From: an uncultured Elusimicrobia bacterium | GTDB lineage: Bacteria; Elusimicrobiota; Elusimicrobia; UBA1565; UBA9628 | Reading direction: 5' to 3' | Assembly (NCBI GenBank): GCA_964600165.1 | Contig: CAZRIP010000003.1 | Location: 4,683-68,682 of the forward strand | Length of the DNA stretch: 64,000 nucleotides | In this document: positions 1-8,651 of the stretch, one piece after another | Numbering within the stretch: the stretch's first letter is position 1 | Layout: each line of letters opens with the position of its first letter | Position numbers and translations under genes: made by a program | The notes under the pieces: model-generated | Told to the model about the DNA's origin: nothing | Seen by the model: only the letters and a program-made list of their open reading frames with translations | Databases searched by the model: none

Positions 1-542
1 ACGCCGAGTTTCTCGACGCCCTGTTTTCTCCCGAAGAGGCCTTCGCGCGCTATTGCGAGAAATACGGCGCGCGGCTCTACGTCCACACGGTCTACGAAGG
101 CTTGGACCTGACTTCGGACGGGCCGCTGTATCTTTCGGGCCGCGCCAAGCTCGAGGACGACGCGGCCGCCGTCTCCTTCCAGTTTCACCCCGAGCGGCTC
201 AAGAGATTCCGGCTCGTGTATCAAAACGACGGCTTCCGGATCTACGCCTTCGGGAACGGAGATTATCCGCCCGTTGAAGGCCCGGCGCCGGCGGTCTGGG
301 ACGAGTCGCAATTCGCTCCTCATATAACGGCGAACGGCGAATTGCTCTTGGACGTCTCCTCCGCGCTGCGTCGCCAGCAGGACGCCAAGCTCAAGGTCTT
401 CCTCGCGCGGGTTTATCAAGGAATGCACCGGTACGAAGAAGCCGTCGAGAACTACGACCTCGCGTTCAAGGAATGGCCGGCCGACGAGGCCTCAAGGAAG
501 GACTACGACGGCCTCAAGCGGCAGCTGCAAAGCCGCCGCTGA
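1..542 (+). CDS. Hypothetical protein, 5'-truncated at the window edge (C-terminal ~180 aa)
   Basis: The frame is open from nt 3 with no stop until the TAG at 540-542. The track's M at 102 is an internal TTG. No family is recognised. Confidence 0.4.
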   Translation, partial: AEFLDALFSPEEAFARYCEKYGARLYVHTVYEGLDLTSDGPLYLSGRAKLEDDAAAVSFQFHPERLKRFRLVYQNDGFRIYAFGNGDYPPVEGPAPAVWDESQFAPHITANGELLLDVSSALRRQQDAKLKVFLARVYQGMHRYEEAVENYDLAFKEWPADEASRKDYDGLKRQLQSRR

Positions 543-965
543 GGCCAGCCGCAGGCCGCGCGCGTCGATCAGGCGCATGAGCCGGTCCGCGCGCGCGCGC
601 CGGTAGTCCGCCAGCCCGTCTTCATCGGCCGACAGCACGGCCGGGTGGCCCTCGCTCGGCAGTCCCGAGCGCAGCGAGCCCTCGAGCGCGCGCTTGACCG
701 CCGCGGCCTCTTCCTTCGAGATCGAGAGCCCGGGAGCGAGGCTGTAGGTGAGTGTCACCGAGCGCGCGAAAACGGCGGTCTTGCCGCCGGAGCGCGCGCT
801 CTCGTCCCAGGCTATTCCAAGCGTCTTTTTGACGGGGGCGGCGGGCGTCCCATTGACGGCCCTACCCTCCTGACGCTCGAAAACGATTTTGACGTCGGCG
901 CCGGCGGCGCGCGCGCCCGCGGGAAGGGCGATCACGGCCACGGCAAGAAGCCACGCGCGCCGCAT
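492..965 (-). CDS. Hypothetical secreted protein (N-terminal signal peptide)
   Basis: 157-aa ORF. The N-terminus MRRAWLLAVAVIALPAGARA is a typical signal peptide. Its end overlaps the upstream plus-strand gene by 50 nt. Confidence 0.4.
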   Translation of the reverse strand: MRRAWLLAVAVIALPAGARAAGADVKIVFERQEGRAVNGTPAAPVKKTLGIAWDESARSGGKTAVFARSVTLTYSLAPGLSISKEEAAAVKRALEGSLRSGLPSEGHPAVLSADEDGLADYRRARADRLMRLIDARGLRLASAAALQLPLEAVVVLP

Positions 966-1031
966 ACGGGTAGTTTAACCCCGGAACCACGGGTGTCAAG
1001 GCCCAGGTTTTTGGTAGGATCGCGCGAAACC

Positions 1032-2078
1032 ATGGCCGATCAAACGCTTCCTCTTTTCAAGCTGCTGACCTCCGTGCCGACGGCGCCCTACCGCGAGCGC
1101 GCCGTGACGGCGCGCGCCTTGTCGTGGATCCGCGAAAACCTCGGCCGCGCGGCGTCGGTCGAGCAAAAGCGCGGCGGCGTGCTCGTCTCCTATCGCGGCG
1201 CCGGCGACGCGCCGGCGCTGGCCTTCGCCGCTCACTTGGACCACCCGGCCTTCGCCAAGGAAGGCGCGCTGTGGCGCCTGCGCGGCGGCCTGCCGCCGCA
1301 CCTCTTGCCGGGCGCCGCCGTCGAGGCTTTCGCGGCCGTTCCGAAAGGCAACGAACCTCTCGCTCGTGGACGGATCATCGAGGAAAAGAAGCCGGGGCTC
1401 TGGTCGATCCGATGGGACTCCCCGCCGCCCAAAAGCGCCGACTTCGCCGTGCTCGCGCTTTTGCCGTGCCAAGCCGCGAGAGGCTGGATCGCCTCGCGCT
1501 CGATCGACGACCTGATGGGCTGCGCGATGAGCTTGGAGGCGCTGCGCCGGATCGCCGATAAACGGCTGAAGGTCAACGTGACCGTCCTCCTTCATCGCGC
1601 GGAAGAAGTCGGCTTCATGGGCGCGCTCGACTTGATCGCCGAAGGCGCGGTCTCCAAGGACGACTCAGTGATCTCGGTCGAGACCTCGCGCGAGATGCCG
1701 GGCGCGCGGCCCGGCAAAGGGCCCGTCATCCGCTTGGGCGACAAGGCGACGCTCTTTGACGCGAACCTGACCGTCATCTTGGACGAGGCCGCGCGAGGAC
1801 TCAAAGTCCAGCGCTTGAGGCTCACCGGCGGCACCTGCGAGGCGACGGCTTACCTCGCCTTCGGCTACGAGGCGGGCGGCGTGGCGATCCCGCTCGTCAA
1901 CTATCACAACGGCTGGGGCGCGAAGGCGATCGCGGAGGAGCGCGTGCGCGCGTCCGACGTCAGGGGCGCGGTGCGGCTCTTGGTCGCGGCCGCTAAGGCG
2001 TTCTCGAAGGCGGTCCCGCGCGGGTCGCTGCGCCGGCGGCTTTCAGAACGCCACCGCCTCAACGAGCGGTTGCTTTAG
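1032..2078 (+). CDS. M42-family metallopeptidase-like protein (FrvX/endoglucanase-like)
   Basis: Start set at the ATG at 1032, because the 645 start would overlap the minus-strand gene. Motifs AHLDHPAF, SIDDLMGC and EEVGFMGA fit the M42 aminopeptidase fold. Confidence 0.55.
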   Translation: MADQTLPLFKLLTSVPTAPYRERAVTARALSWIRENLGRAASVEQKRGGVLVSYRGAGDAPALAFAAHLDHPAFAKEGALWRLRGGLPPHLLPGAAVEAFAAVPKGNEPLARGRIIEEKKPGLWSIRWDSPPPKSADFAVLALLPCQAARGWIASRSIDDLMGCAMSLEALRRIADKRLKVNVTVLLHRAEEVGFMGALDLIAEGAVSKDDSVISVETSREMPGARPGKGPVIRLGDKATLFDANLTVILDEAARGLKVQRLRLTGGTCEATAYLAFGYEAGGVAIPLVNYHNGWGAKAIAEERVRASDVRGAVRLLVAAAKAFSKAVPRGSLRRRLSERHRLNERLL

Positions 2079-2344
2079 CCGATCGCCAGCTCTTTTCGAG
2101 CTTGATAGAGATCGAACGCCGCCTGCGCGTTCATCCAAAACTCCGGGCTCATCTTGAAAAACCGCGCCAGGAGGAGGGCCGTCTCGGGTGAAATGCCGCG
2201 CTTGCCCCGGACGAGCGTGTTCACTCTCTGGATGGGAACATTCAGATCTTCCGCGAGCTTGGCCTGGGTGATTCCCATCGGCTCGAGAAACTCTTCGAGC
2301 AGTATCTCGCCCGGATGCGTCGGTTGTCTATGTTTCGGTATCAC
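2075..2344 (-). CDS. higA: HigA antitoxin (XRE-family HTH)
   Basis: 89 aa with ITQAKLAEDLNVPIQRVNTLVRGKRGISPETALLLARFF, the HigA/VapI helix-turn-helix. GTG start. Lies immediately downstream of higB. Confidence 0.8.
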   Translation of the reverse strand: MIPKHRQPTHPGEILLEEFLEPMGITQAKLAEDLNVPIQRVNTLVRGKRGISPETALLLARFFKMSPEFWMNAQAAFDLYQARKELAIG

Positions 2345-2350
2345 TTGTCA

Positions 2351-2626
2351 TCACCCCCGATGGTCATCGGTGATCTCCACATCGTGAGCGGCGCCTTCGT
2401 CCCACTTGAAAATGATCCGGTATTGACCGTTGATCCGGACGCTATGGTATTCCTTCAAGTCGCCTTTAAGCTTCTCCAATCGATTGCCTGGAGGAACCGC
2501 CAGGTCGCCGATCTCGTGCGCCGCGTGGATCATGTCGAGCTTTCTGCCCGCGATCTTCCTCGCCTGCGCCGAGTTGTCGCCGTTCCATACGTCCTCGGTC
2601 CCCTTATCCCGAAAGGTTCTGATCAC
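2351..2626 (-). CDS. higB: HigB toxin (RelE/ParE superfamily mRNA interferase)
   Basis: 91 aa (MIRTFRDKGTEDVWNG...RIIFKW...). This is the HigB 'plasmid maintenance system killer' signature. 6-nt gap to higA. GTG start. Confidence 0.8.
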   Translation of the reverse strand: MIRTFRDKGTEDVWNGDNSAQARKIAGRKLDMIHAAHEIGDLAVPPGNRLEKLKGDLKEYHSVRINGQYRIIFKWDEGAAHDVEITDDHRG

Positions 2627-2670
2627 CTATGCATATATTAACACATTCCGTTAATTTATCAATAGAGGAG

Positions 2671-3477
2671 CTAATCCTCGTGGATCGGCCGGAAGTTGAC
2701 GAGCGCGGCGCAGACGCGCGCCTGCCATGTGGCGAACGCGCGCAGCAGCGTCCGCAGTTCCTCTTCGTCGAAGGTCTTGCTCGACACGACGCGGGTCGCG
2801 CCGCCGTCCAGCTGGATCGCCACCTCGCGCTCGTCGCCGCGCAGCTCGAGGATCGTCGAGGCGAAGGCCAGCGTCGGCCGGTCGAGCAATAAGAGGCCGA
2901 AGTCGAAGGGCTCGGCCCGCGCGATCAACCAACTCGGCGCGCCCGACAGGTCGAGCGCCGGGGCTTTGGTGAGCTTGCCGGCGAGCGTCTCCGCGTCCTT
3001 ATGGTGGATCACGAGCGAGACCGGCCTAAACGGCCGCACCGGCGCCCATAACAGGACCTGATACTCGTCCTCGACCTCGCCCTGCAGCTCGAGTTTGACC
3101 AGAGGCAGGCCGGCCGGGGCGCCGGAGCCTTCCAACGGCGCGATCCGCCACGCCGCCGCGTGCGTGCCCGTGATGTCGTCGGCGAGGATCAGCCTGACGC
3201 CGTCCGCTTCGGCCTTGACGTCGTTGATCGCGCGCGCGGCGGCCGCCAGGCGGCTTTTGACCGAGCGGTGGTAGATGAACGGCGTCACGAGGATCGCGAT
3301 CAGGTACGACCACGTCGGCAGGTCGAAGACGTAGTCGACGCCGAAGATGAGGATCGCCGCGGCGACCGGGACGGCGTATTGGCGGTAGCCCCTGCCGCCG
3401 AACTGACGCAGCGCGGCCCACGAGGCGAGCGCGAGGAACGCCGTGACCGCGAGCGGCAGGGCTTGGGTCGCCGTCAT
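2671..3477 (-). CDS. Hypothetical membrane protein (two N-terminal TM helices plus a soluble domain, possibly bacterial-PH/DUF304-like)
   Basis: The real start is the ATG at 3477 (MTATQALPLAVTAFLALASW...). The longer ORF starting at 3753 is an Arg-rich read-through. Confidence 0.5.
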   Translation of the reverse strand: MTATQALPLAVTAFLALASWAALRQFGGRGYRQYAVPVAAAILIFGVDYVFDLPTWSYLIAILVTPFIYHRSVKSRLAAAARAINDVKAEADGVRLILADDITGTHAAAWRIAPLEGSGAPAGLPLVKLELQGEVEDEYQVLLWAPVRPFRPVSLVIHHKDAETLAGKLTKAPALDLSGAPSWLIARAEPFDFGLLLLDRPTLAFASTILELRGDEREVAIQLDGGATRVVSSKTFDEEELRTLLRAFATWQARVCAALVNFRPIHED

Positions 3478-3558
3478 CGAGGCATAGCTTAGCGGACGCT
3501 CGCGCGAGGCGCAAGCGGTGATCCGGACCGCGGGGTAATTTCCTAGAATGTTCGTCCG

Positions 3559-4137
3559 ATGAAGATCTACACCCGCACCGGCGACGCGGGCCAGACGGGC
3601 CTTTTCGGCGGCGACCGCCTGTCGAAAGACGCCCCGCGCGTGGCCGCCTACGGCGACGTCGACGAGCTCAACTGCGCGCTCGGCGCGGCGCTGGCCGTTT
3701 TTCCAAAAGAAGAGAAGCTCGCGCCGCTTAAGGGCGCGCTGGCGCGCGTGCAAGAGGAGCTCTTCGTCGTCGGCGCGCTGCTCGCCACGCTACCCGGGAA
3801 GCTCGGCCAGTTGAAGCCTCCTTTTTCCAGCGGCCTCCCCGAGGACTCCGCCGCGCGTTTGGAGACGGAAATAGACTCGTGGACCGCCGAGCTCCCCGAG
3901 ATGAAGCACTTCATCCTGCCCGGCGGCGGCCCGCTCGGGGCCGCGCTGCACCTCGCGCGCGCCGCCTGCCGCCGCGCCGAGCGCTCGGCGGTGACGTTGT
4001 CGCGCGAGGAGCCGCTTCCGGACGGCGTGCTCGTCTATCTCAACCGGCTCTCGGATCACTTGTTCGTCGACGCGCGCTGGGCCAACGCGAAGGAAGGCCG
4101 CCCGGAGACGCCGTGGCTGGGCCTCGCCAAGAAGTAG
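3559..4137 (+). CDS. pduO: ATP:cob(I)alamin adenosyltransferase, PduO-type
   Basis: MKIYTRTGDAGQTGL... is the canonical PduO/MMAB N-terminus. 192 aa. Confidence 0.85.
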   Translation: MKIYTRTGDAGQTGLFGGDRLSKDAPRVAAYGDVDELNCALGAALAVFPKEEKLAPLKGALARVQEELFVVGALLATLPGKLGQLKPPFSSGLPEDSAARLETEIDSWTAELPEMKHFILPGGGPLGAALHLARAACRRAERSAVTLSREEPLPDGVLVYLNRLSDHLFVDARWANAKEGRPETPWLGLAKK

Positions 4138-4138
4138 G

Positions 4139-5341
4139 ATGAGCAAGACCCGCAACGTCCTTCTCCCCATTTTCCTCATCGTCGTCGTCGACGTGCTCGG
4201 CATGACGATCATCCTGCCCCTGCTGCCGTTTTACGCCGAGCGCTACGGGGCCACGCCGCAGGTCGTGGGCCTTCTCGTGACGACTTACGCGCTCTGCCAG
4301 CTCGTCGCCGGACCGATCTTGGGCCAGCTCTCGGATCGCCACGGGCGCCGCCCGCTGTTGATCGTCAGCCAGCTCGGCACTTTCGCGGGGTTTCTCGTCC
4401 TCGGCTTCGCGCGCACGCTGTGGCTGATCTTTTTCTCGCGTTTCCTGGACGGCATCACGGCCGGCAATCTGTCGCTCGCTCAAGCCTACATCTCGGACGT
4501 CACGGAGCCCAAGGACCGCGCCAAGTCCTTCGGCCTGATCGGCATCGCCTTCGGCATCGGCTTCCTGATCGGGCCGGCGATCTCGGGCTTTCTGTCGCAG
4601 TACGATTACTCTTATCCCGCATGGGCCGCCGCGGCGCTGTCGTTTACGAGCGTCTGCTGCACGTACTTCCTGCTGCCGCGGGCGGCGCCGCACGCCGGAG
4701 AAGAATCAGGCCCCGGCGGCAAGCGCCTGGGCGTGCTCGACTGGGGCGCCTACGCGCAGTACTTCAAGCGCCCGGAACTTGGGCGTTTGTTGGGAACTTT
4801 CTTCATCTTCTCGCTGATGTTCGGCCTTTTCCTCTCGGGCTTCGCGCTGTTCGCCGAGCGGCGGTTTACGACGGGCGGGCATCCGTTCGGGCCCAAGGAA
4901 GTGGGCTATCTCTACGCCTACTCGGGGCTCTTGGGCGTCTTCATTCAAGGCGGGCTGCTGGGACGGCTCGTCAAGAAGTTCGGCGAGAGACGCCTCGCCC
5001 TGGTCGGGTACGCGAGCGCGTGCCTGGGCTTGCTCGGCCTCTCGATGGCGCGGCCGCTCGGCGCCCTGCTTCTCGTCTTTTCCTTCACGGCCTTCGGCAA
5101 CAGCGTGCTGCGGCCGTGCCTGACCGCGCTCGTCACGCACCACTCCGACCGCCGCGAGCAAGGGACGGTCCTGGGACTGACGCAGTCGCTTTACTCGATC
5201 GCGATGATCGTCTCGCCGCTCGTCTCGGGATGGCTGATCGGCGTCGGCCTGCTGGCGCCGTGGGCGCTCTTGGGCGCGGCGCTGGCCGCGTCGGGCTTCG
5301 CCGTCTCTTCGGGCGGCGGCGCCGCGCCGGCTACTGCTTGA
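4139..5341 (+). CDS. MFS transporter (TetA-like efflux family)
   Basis: 400 aa with about 12 TM helices. MFS motifs GPILGQLSDRHGRRPLL and LDGITAGN. ATG lies 2 nt after the pduO stop. Confidence 0.8.
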   Translation: MSKTRNVLLPIFLIVVVDVLGMTIILPLLPFYAERYGATPQVVGLLVTTYALCQLVAGPILGQLSDRHGRRPLLIVSQLGTFAGFLVLGFARTLWLIFFSRFLDGITAGNLSLAQAYISDVTEPKDRAKSFGLIGIAFGIGFLIGPAISGFLSQYDYSYPAWAAAALSFTSVCCTYFLLPRAAPHAGEESGPGGKRLGVLDWGAYAQYFKRPELGRLLGTFFIFSLMFGLFLSGFALFAERRFTTGGHPFGPKEVGYLYAYSGLLGVFIQGGLLGRLVKKFGERRLALVGYASACLGLLGLSMARPLGALLLVFSFTAFGNSVLRPCLTALVTHHSDRREQGTVLGLTQSLYSIAMIVSPLVSGWLIGVGLLAPWALLGAALAASGFAVSSGGGAAPATA

Positions 5342-5897
5342 CCGACTGCGTCGCCGCGCTCGTCGGGCTGATCCCCGACGCGCCGTAACCGGGCGCCGAG
5401 CCATAGGAGGACGGCGAAGCGGTCGTGCCCGTCGTCGCCGCGCTGGCCGTGGCGCCCGTCGAGCCCGCGCCCGCCGCCCCGGCCGGCGTCGCCGCCGCGC
5501 CTCCGGGAGCCGCCGCGGCCGCGGCTTGGCCCAAGGTCGGCGCCGGAGCCGCAGCATCGGCCACGCACTTGCCCGTGGCGTCCTTATGGAACGCGCTCGG
5601 ACAGCCGAGCGAGCTCTGGCCCAACGACGTGAATGAGCCTTTGGCGAAGGAGCCCGACCCGCCGGCTCCGGCGCCCGCGCCCGTGCTCGACGCGCTGCCG
5701 CCCGAAGAGCTCGCCGACGTGCCGAAAGGCTGCGTGACGATGTCTCCCGTCGCCGAACGCGGAGCGACGCGCCGGGACTGCTGCGCCGTCTTCTTCTTGG
5801 AGCGCTGCAGTTCGATGTTCGTATAGCTGCCGCCGTAGCCGAAGGCGCCGCCGGGCGCAAGCGAGGCTGCGAGATAAATCGCCAATAAAGCCTTCAT
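5331..5897 (-). CDS. Secreted low-complexity protein rich in Ala/Gly/Ser/Thr
   Basis: Start set at the ATG at 5897 (MKALLAIYLAASLAPGGAFG, a signal peptide). The 276 codons upstream of it in the same ORF are Arg/Asp-rich high-GC read-through. Confidence 0.45.
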   Translation of the reverse strand: MKALLAIYLAASLAPGGAFGYGGSYTNIELQRSKKKTAQQSRRVAPRSATGDIVTQPFGTSASSSGGSASSTGAGAGAGGSGSFAKGSFTSLGQSSLGCPSAFHKDATGKCVADAAAPAPTLGQAAAAAAPGGAAATPAGAAGAGSTGATASAATTGTTASPSSYGSAPGYGASGISPTSAATQSVKQ

Positions 5898-5957
5898 ATT
5901 CCAAGGATAACCCCTCGCCCTCGATCGCGCAAGACCCAGGTTTGATATACTGAGGTC

Positions 5958-6755
5958 ATGTTGCTTGACCCGATCAACGCGATCACGAGCGTGAATTTCT
6001 ACCGCCGGATCGTCGCCCAGAGCGCCGCCCGCACGTTCAGCTATCTGCTCTACGTCTCCCTGCTTTTCTCGATCGCCTCCACGGCGGCGCTCAAGGTGCG
6101 CGTCGGACCGGAGATCGACAAGACCTTCGCTTGGCTCGCCCAGTCGATGCCGACCGTGACGCTGCAGGCCGGCAAGGTCACTTCCTCGGCGGCGGGGCCG
6201 GTGACGGTGCGCCACCCGGACATCTCCGAGATCGCCGTGACCGTAGATACCGCGCGCGTCGAGCCCGTGAACGCCGACACGCTCGAGTCGAGCAAGGTCT
6301 TGGCGTATTTGACCGGAAGCGCGCTCTACGTGCGCGGGGCTCAGGGCCGCGTCGAAGTCTACGATCTCTCGAAGGCCGTGACTCCCAAGCCGGTCGTCAT
6401 CGACGCCGCGTTCTACCAAAGCGCCGCGCGGCTTCTGTCGCGATTCCTCTATCCGCTCGCTTTCGTCTTCGGCTTCTTCTTCGTGATGATGTGGAAAACG
6501 GGGGCGAGCCTGATCTACGCGCTGCTCGCGCTCATGATCAACGCGATGGCCGAGGGCGGCCAGCCGTTCAACTGTCTCTTCAACCTCGCGGTCTACGCGC
6601 AGACGCTCGTGATCGCGCTGCAGGCGGTCTTTCTGTTTACGCCCGTCAGCCCTCCCGCCTTTCCGGTCATCGCGCTGATCTCCACGGGGGTCTATCTTTG
6701 GCTCGCGCTCAAGCGGCTCAAGCAATCGCCCGCGGCCCCTCCCGCCGCCGCCTAG
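5958..6755 (+). CDS. Integral membrane protein (DUF1189-like)
   Basis: 265 aa with several TM helices. ATG at 5958, with TGAGG 3-7 nt upstream. Confidence 0.55.
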   Translation: MLLDPINAITSVNFYRRIVAQSAARTFSYLLYVSLLFSIASTAALKVRVGPEIDKTFAWLAQSMPTVTLQAGKVTSSAAGPVTVRHPDISEIAVTVDTARVEPVNADTLESSKVLAYLTGSALYVRGAQGRVEVYDLSKAVTPKPVVIDAAFYQSAARLLSRFLYPLAFVFGFFFVMMWKTGASLIYALLALMINAMAEGGQPFNCLFNLAVYAQTLVIALQAVFLFTPVSPPAFPVIALISTGVYLWLALKRLKQSPAAPPAAA

Positions 6756-7153
6756 CCGCGGCGCTGCTGCCGCTGGCTTTGGCGTCGCTGGCGGCCTCCA
6801 GCTGCTCCCGCGCGTTCCACGTCTCCGGCACCATCACGCTCGCCGCGCCGCTGCAAAGCCGCGCGCGGATGACCAATGGGGTCTTGTTCGTGATCGCCAA
6901 GAACCGCGGCGGCGTGCCGCTCGCCGTCAAACGCATCGTCAACCCGCAGTTTCCCGTCGACTTCTCGCTCGAGCCCGACGACCTCGTCGTGCCCGGCGCC
7001 CGCCTTTCCGACGCTTTGACGCTCGAAGTCGAGATGAACACGCACGGCAACGTCGGCAAGCCGGTCCGGGGCGATCTTGAGGGGGCGTCTCCCGATCTGG
7101 TCTACTCGGGGGACCGCGACGTCCACGTGGTGATCGACCGCGTGCGCAACTAG
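6698..7153 (+). CDS. Putative small lipoprotein or secreted protein (start uncertain)
   Basis: The frame encodes RRRLAAALLPLALASLAASSC, a signal peptide with a Cys, upstream of the first ATG at 6869. The only canonical in-frame start before it is the TTG at 6698. The ATG at 6869 is the conservative alternative. Confidence 0.4.
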   Translation: MARAQAAQAIARGPSRRRLAAALLPLALASLAASSCSRAFHVSGTITLAAPLQSRARMTNGVLFVIAKNRGGVPLAVKRIVNPQFPVDFSLEPDDLVVPGARLSDALTLEVEMNTHGNVGKPVRGDLEGASPDLVYSGDRDVHVVIDRVRN

Positions 7154-7293
7154 CGCGCGATCAGGTGAGGGATCCCGTCGACGACGGGATAGCTCTTCGC
7201 GCAGCGCGCGCAGTCGAGGGAAGAGGCGCCTTCCGTCAGATCTCCGTGGCAAACCGGGCAGGCGAGCAGCCGCAGCAGCTCGGCGTCGAACAC
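7150..7293 (-). CDS. Trm112-like small zinc-ribbon protein (UPF0434/YcaR family)
   Basis: Not in the ORF track. The minus strand encodes VFDAELLRLLACPVCHGDLTEGASSLDCARCAKSYPVVDGIPHLIAR (47 aa) with CPxC...CxxC and the DGIP motif. The GTG start lies 2 nt after the tldD stop. Confidence 0.6.
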   Translation of the reverse strand: MFDAELLRLLACPVCHGDLTEGASSLDCARCAKSYPVVDGIPHLIAR

Positions 7294-7295
7294 GA

Positions 7296-8651
7296 TCAGG
7301 CGACCGTAAGATCGGCGACGCGGAAGGTCGGCGCGCCCATCGCGCCGTAGAAGGTCAGGTCGTCGGCGACGCAGTCGACGCGGTCCAAGAGCTCGAGCAG
7401 GTTGCCGGAGATCATCGCGCCCTTGACCGCGTGCCCGACCTTCCCGTCCTTGACGGCGAGGCCCGAGACGCCGACCGAGAACTCGCCGGAGATGGGGTCC
7501 GCCATGTGCATGCCCATGACGTCCAACACGAGCACGCCGTCTTTCGTCGAGCTCATGAGCTCGTCGCGGCTCGTCTTTCCGGCCTCGAGATAAAAGTTGC
7601 TCGGGCCCGGGCCCGGCAGCCCGCGATAGGAGCCGCGGCCGGCGCTGGCGTTGCTCGCGCGGCCCTCGCGGGCGGCCGTGTAGGCGTCGTGGAAGAAATC
7701 CTTGACGACGCCGCTCTCGATCATGATCTTGCGCGCGGTCGGCGCGCCCTCGTCGTCGTAGAGCGCGCTCGCCATGCCCGCCTTCTTGCGCGGGTCGTCG
7801 ACGAACGTCAGCAACGACGAGCCCACCTTCTGGCCGATCTTGCCCGCCAAAAGCGACTTGCCGCGCTGCGCCTCGTCGGCGCAGAGCAGTCCGGAAATGA
7901 GCTCTAAAAATTCACCCGACACCCACGGGTCGAAGATCACCGAGCGGCGTCCGCCGGGGAGCTTCGTCGCGCCCAGGAGGGCCACCGTGCGCTCAGCCGC
8001 CTGCCGCGCCACGAGGTCGAAATCGAGGGCCGCGGCGATCCGGGAGGATTGGTAAGCCGAACCCACCTGCAGCTCGCCCCCGTCGTCGCAGAGCGCCGAC
8101 GCGCCGACGGAGCAGGAGCCTCCCCGCTCATGGGTCATCACGCCGCGCGTCGAGGCGATCGCCACTTCGCCGCGCGACTCAGAATAGCCCGCGCGCAGCA
8201 CGGAGGCGACGCGCTTGTCGGCCTTTCGGACCCGCGCGCTCAGCTCCTCGAGGCGCGGTCGGATGACGTCCCAGCTCGTCGTGAAAAGCTTCTCGTCCCA
8301 GAGCGAGCGCGAAAGCTCCGCGTCGTCGGCCGCTTTCGGCGGAACGGGCAGCGCGCGCTTGTCGTCGGCCTCGACGTGCGGCAGCTGCTCCAGCGCGCGA
8401 GGCAAGAGCGCCATGGCGGCGTCCACGCTCGCCTGCCCCGCCGCGGCGAAGGCCATGCGGCCCGCGCCGATCACGCGCAGCCCGGCGCCCTCGGAGGCCG
8501 CGCTCTGGACGCCATCCAAGCGCCCGTCGCGCAGGTCGATGGAGCGCTCTTCGCTTCGAGAAAGGTACAGCTCGAGCTCGACGTTTTTGGGAGCGGCCGC
8601 GCGCAGCCGGACGAGCGCCTCCTCGGCAGTCTTCGCCAGGGCCGCCGTCAC
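7296..8651 (-). CDS. tldD: TldD/PmbA-family metalloprotease (peptidase U62)
   Basis: Family-wide similarity (..GVVKDFFHDAYTAAREG..., ...GEFSVGVSGLAVKDGKVGHAVKGAMISGN...). Start set at the GTG at 8651, which forms a GTGA overlap with the upstream small gene. The track start at 8723 would overlap that gene by 76 nt. Confidence 0.8.
   Translation of the reverse strand: MTAALAKTAEEALVRLRAAAPKNVELELYLSRSEERSIDLRDGRLDGVQSAASEGAGLRVIGAGRMAFAAAGQASVDAAMALLPRALEQLPHVEADDKRALPVPPKAADDAELSRSLWDEKLFTTSWDVIRPRLEELSARVRKADKRVASVLRAGYSESRGEVAIASTRGVMTHERGGSCSVGASALCDDGGELQVGSAYQSSRIAAALDFDLVARQAAERTVALLGATKLPGGRRSVIFDPWVSGEFLELISGLLCADEAQRGKSLLAGKIGQKVGSSLLTFVDDPRKKAGMASALYDDEGAPTARKIMIESGVVKDFFHDAYTAAREGRASNASAGRGSYRGLPGPGPSNFYLEAGKTSRDELMSSTKDGVLVLDVMGMHMADPISGEFSVGVSGLAVKDGKVGHAVKGAMISGNLLELLDRVDCVADDLTFYGAMGAPTFRVADLTVA

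Noticed and set aside
645-1031. N-terminal extension of the peptidase ORF to 645
   Set aside because: It overlaps the opposite-strand signal-peptide gene by ~320 nt. The conserved sequence and a clean ATG begin at 1032.
3478-3558. Cobalamin riboswitch upstream of the PduO adenosyltransferase gene
   Set aside because: The 80-nt spacer is too short and lacks the B12-box.
5898-6725. Upstream 276 codons of the 464-aa minus ORF 5331-6725
   Set aside because: Charged (R/D/E) low-complexity read-through that is antisense to the DUF1189-like gene. A clean ATG plus signal peptide at 5897 explains the real product.
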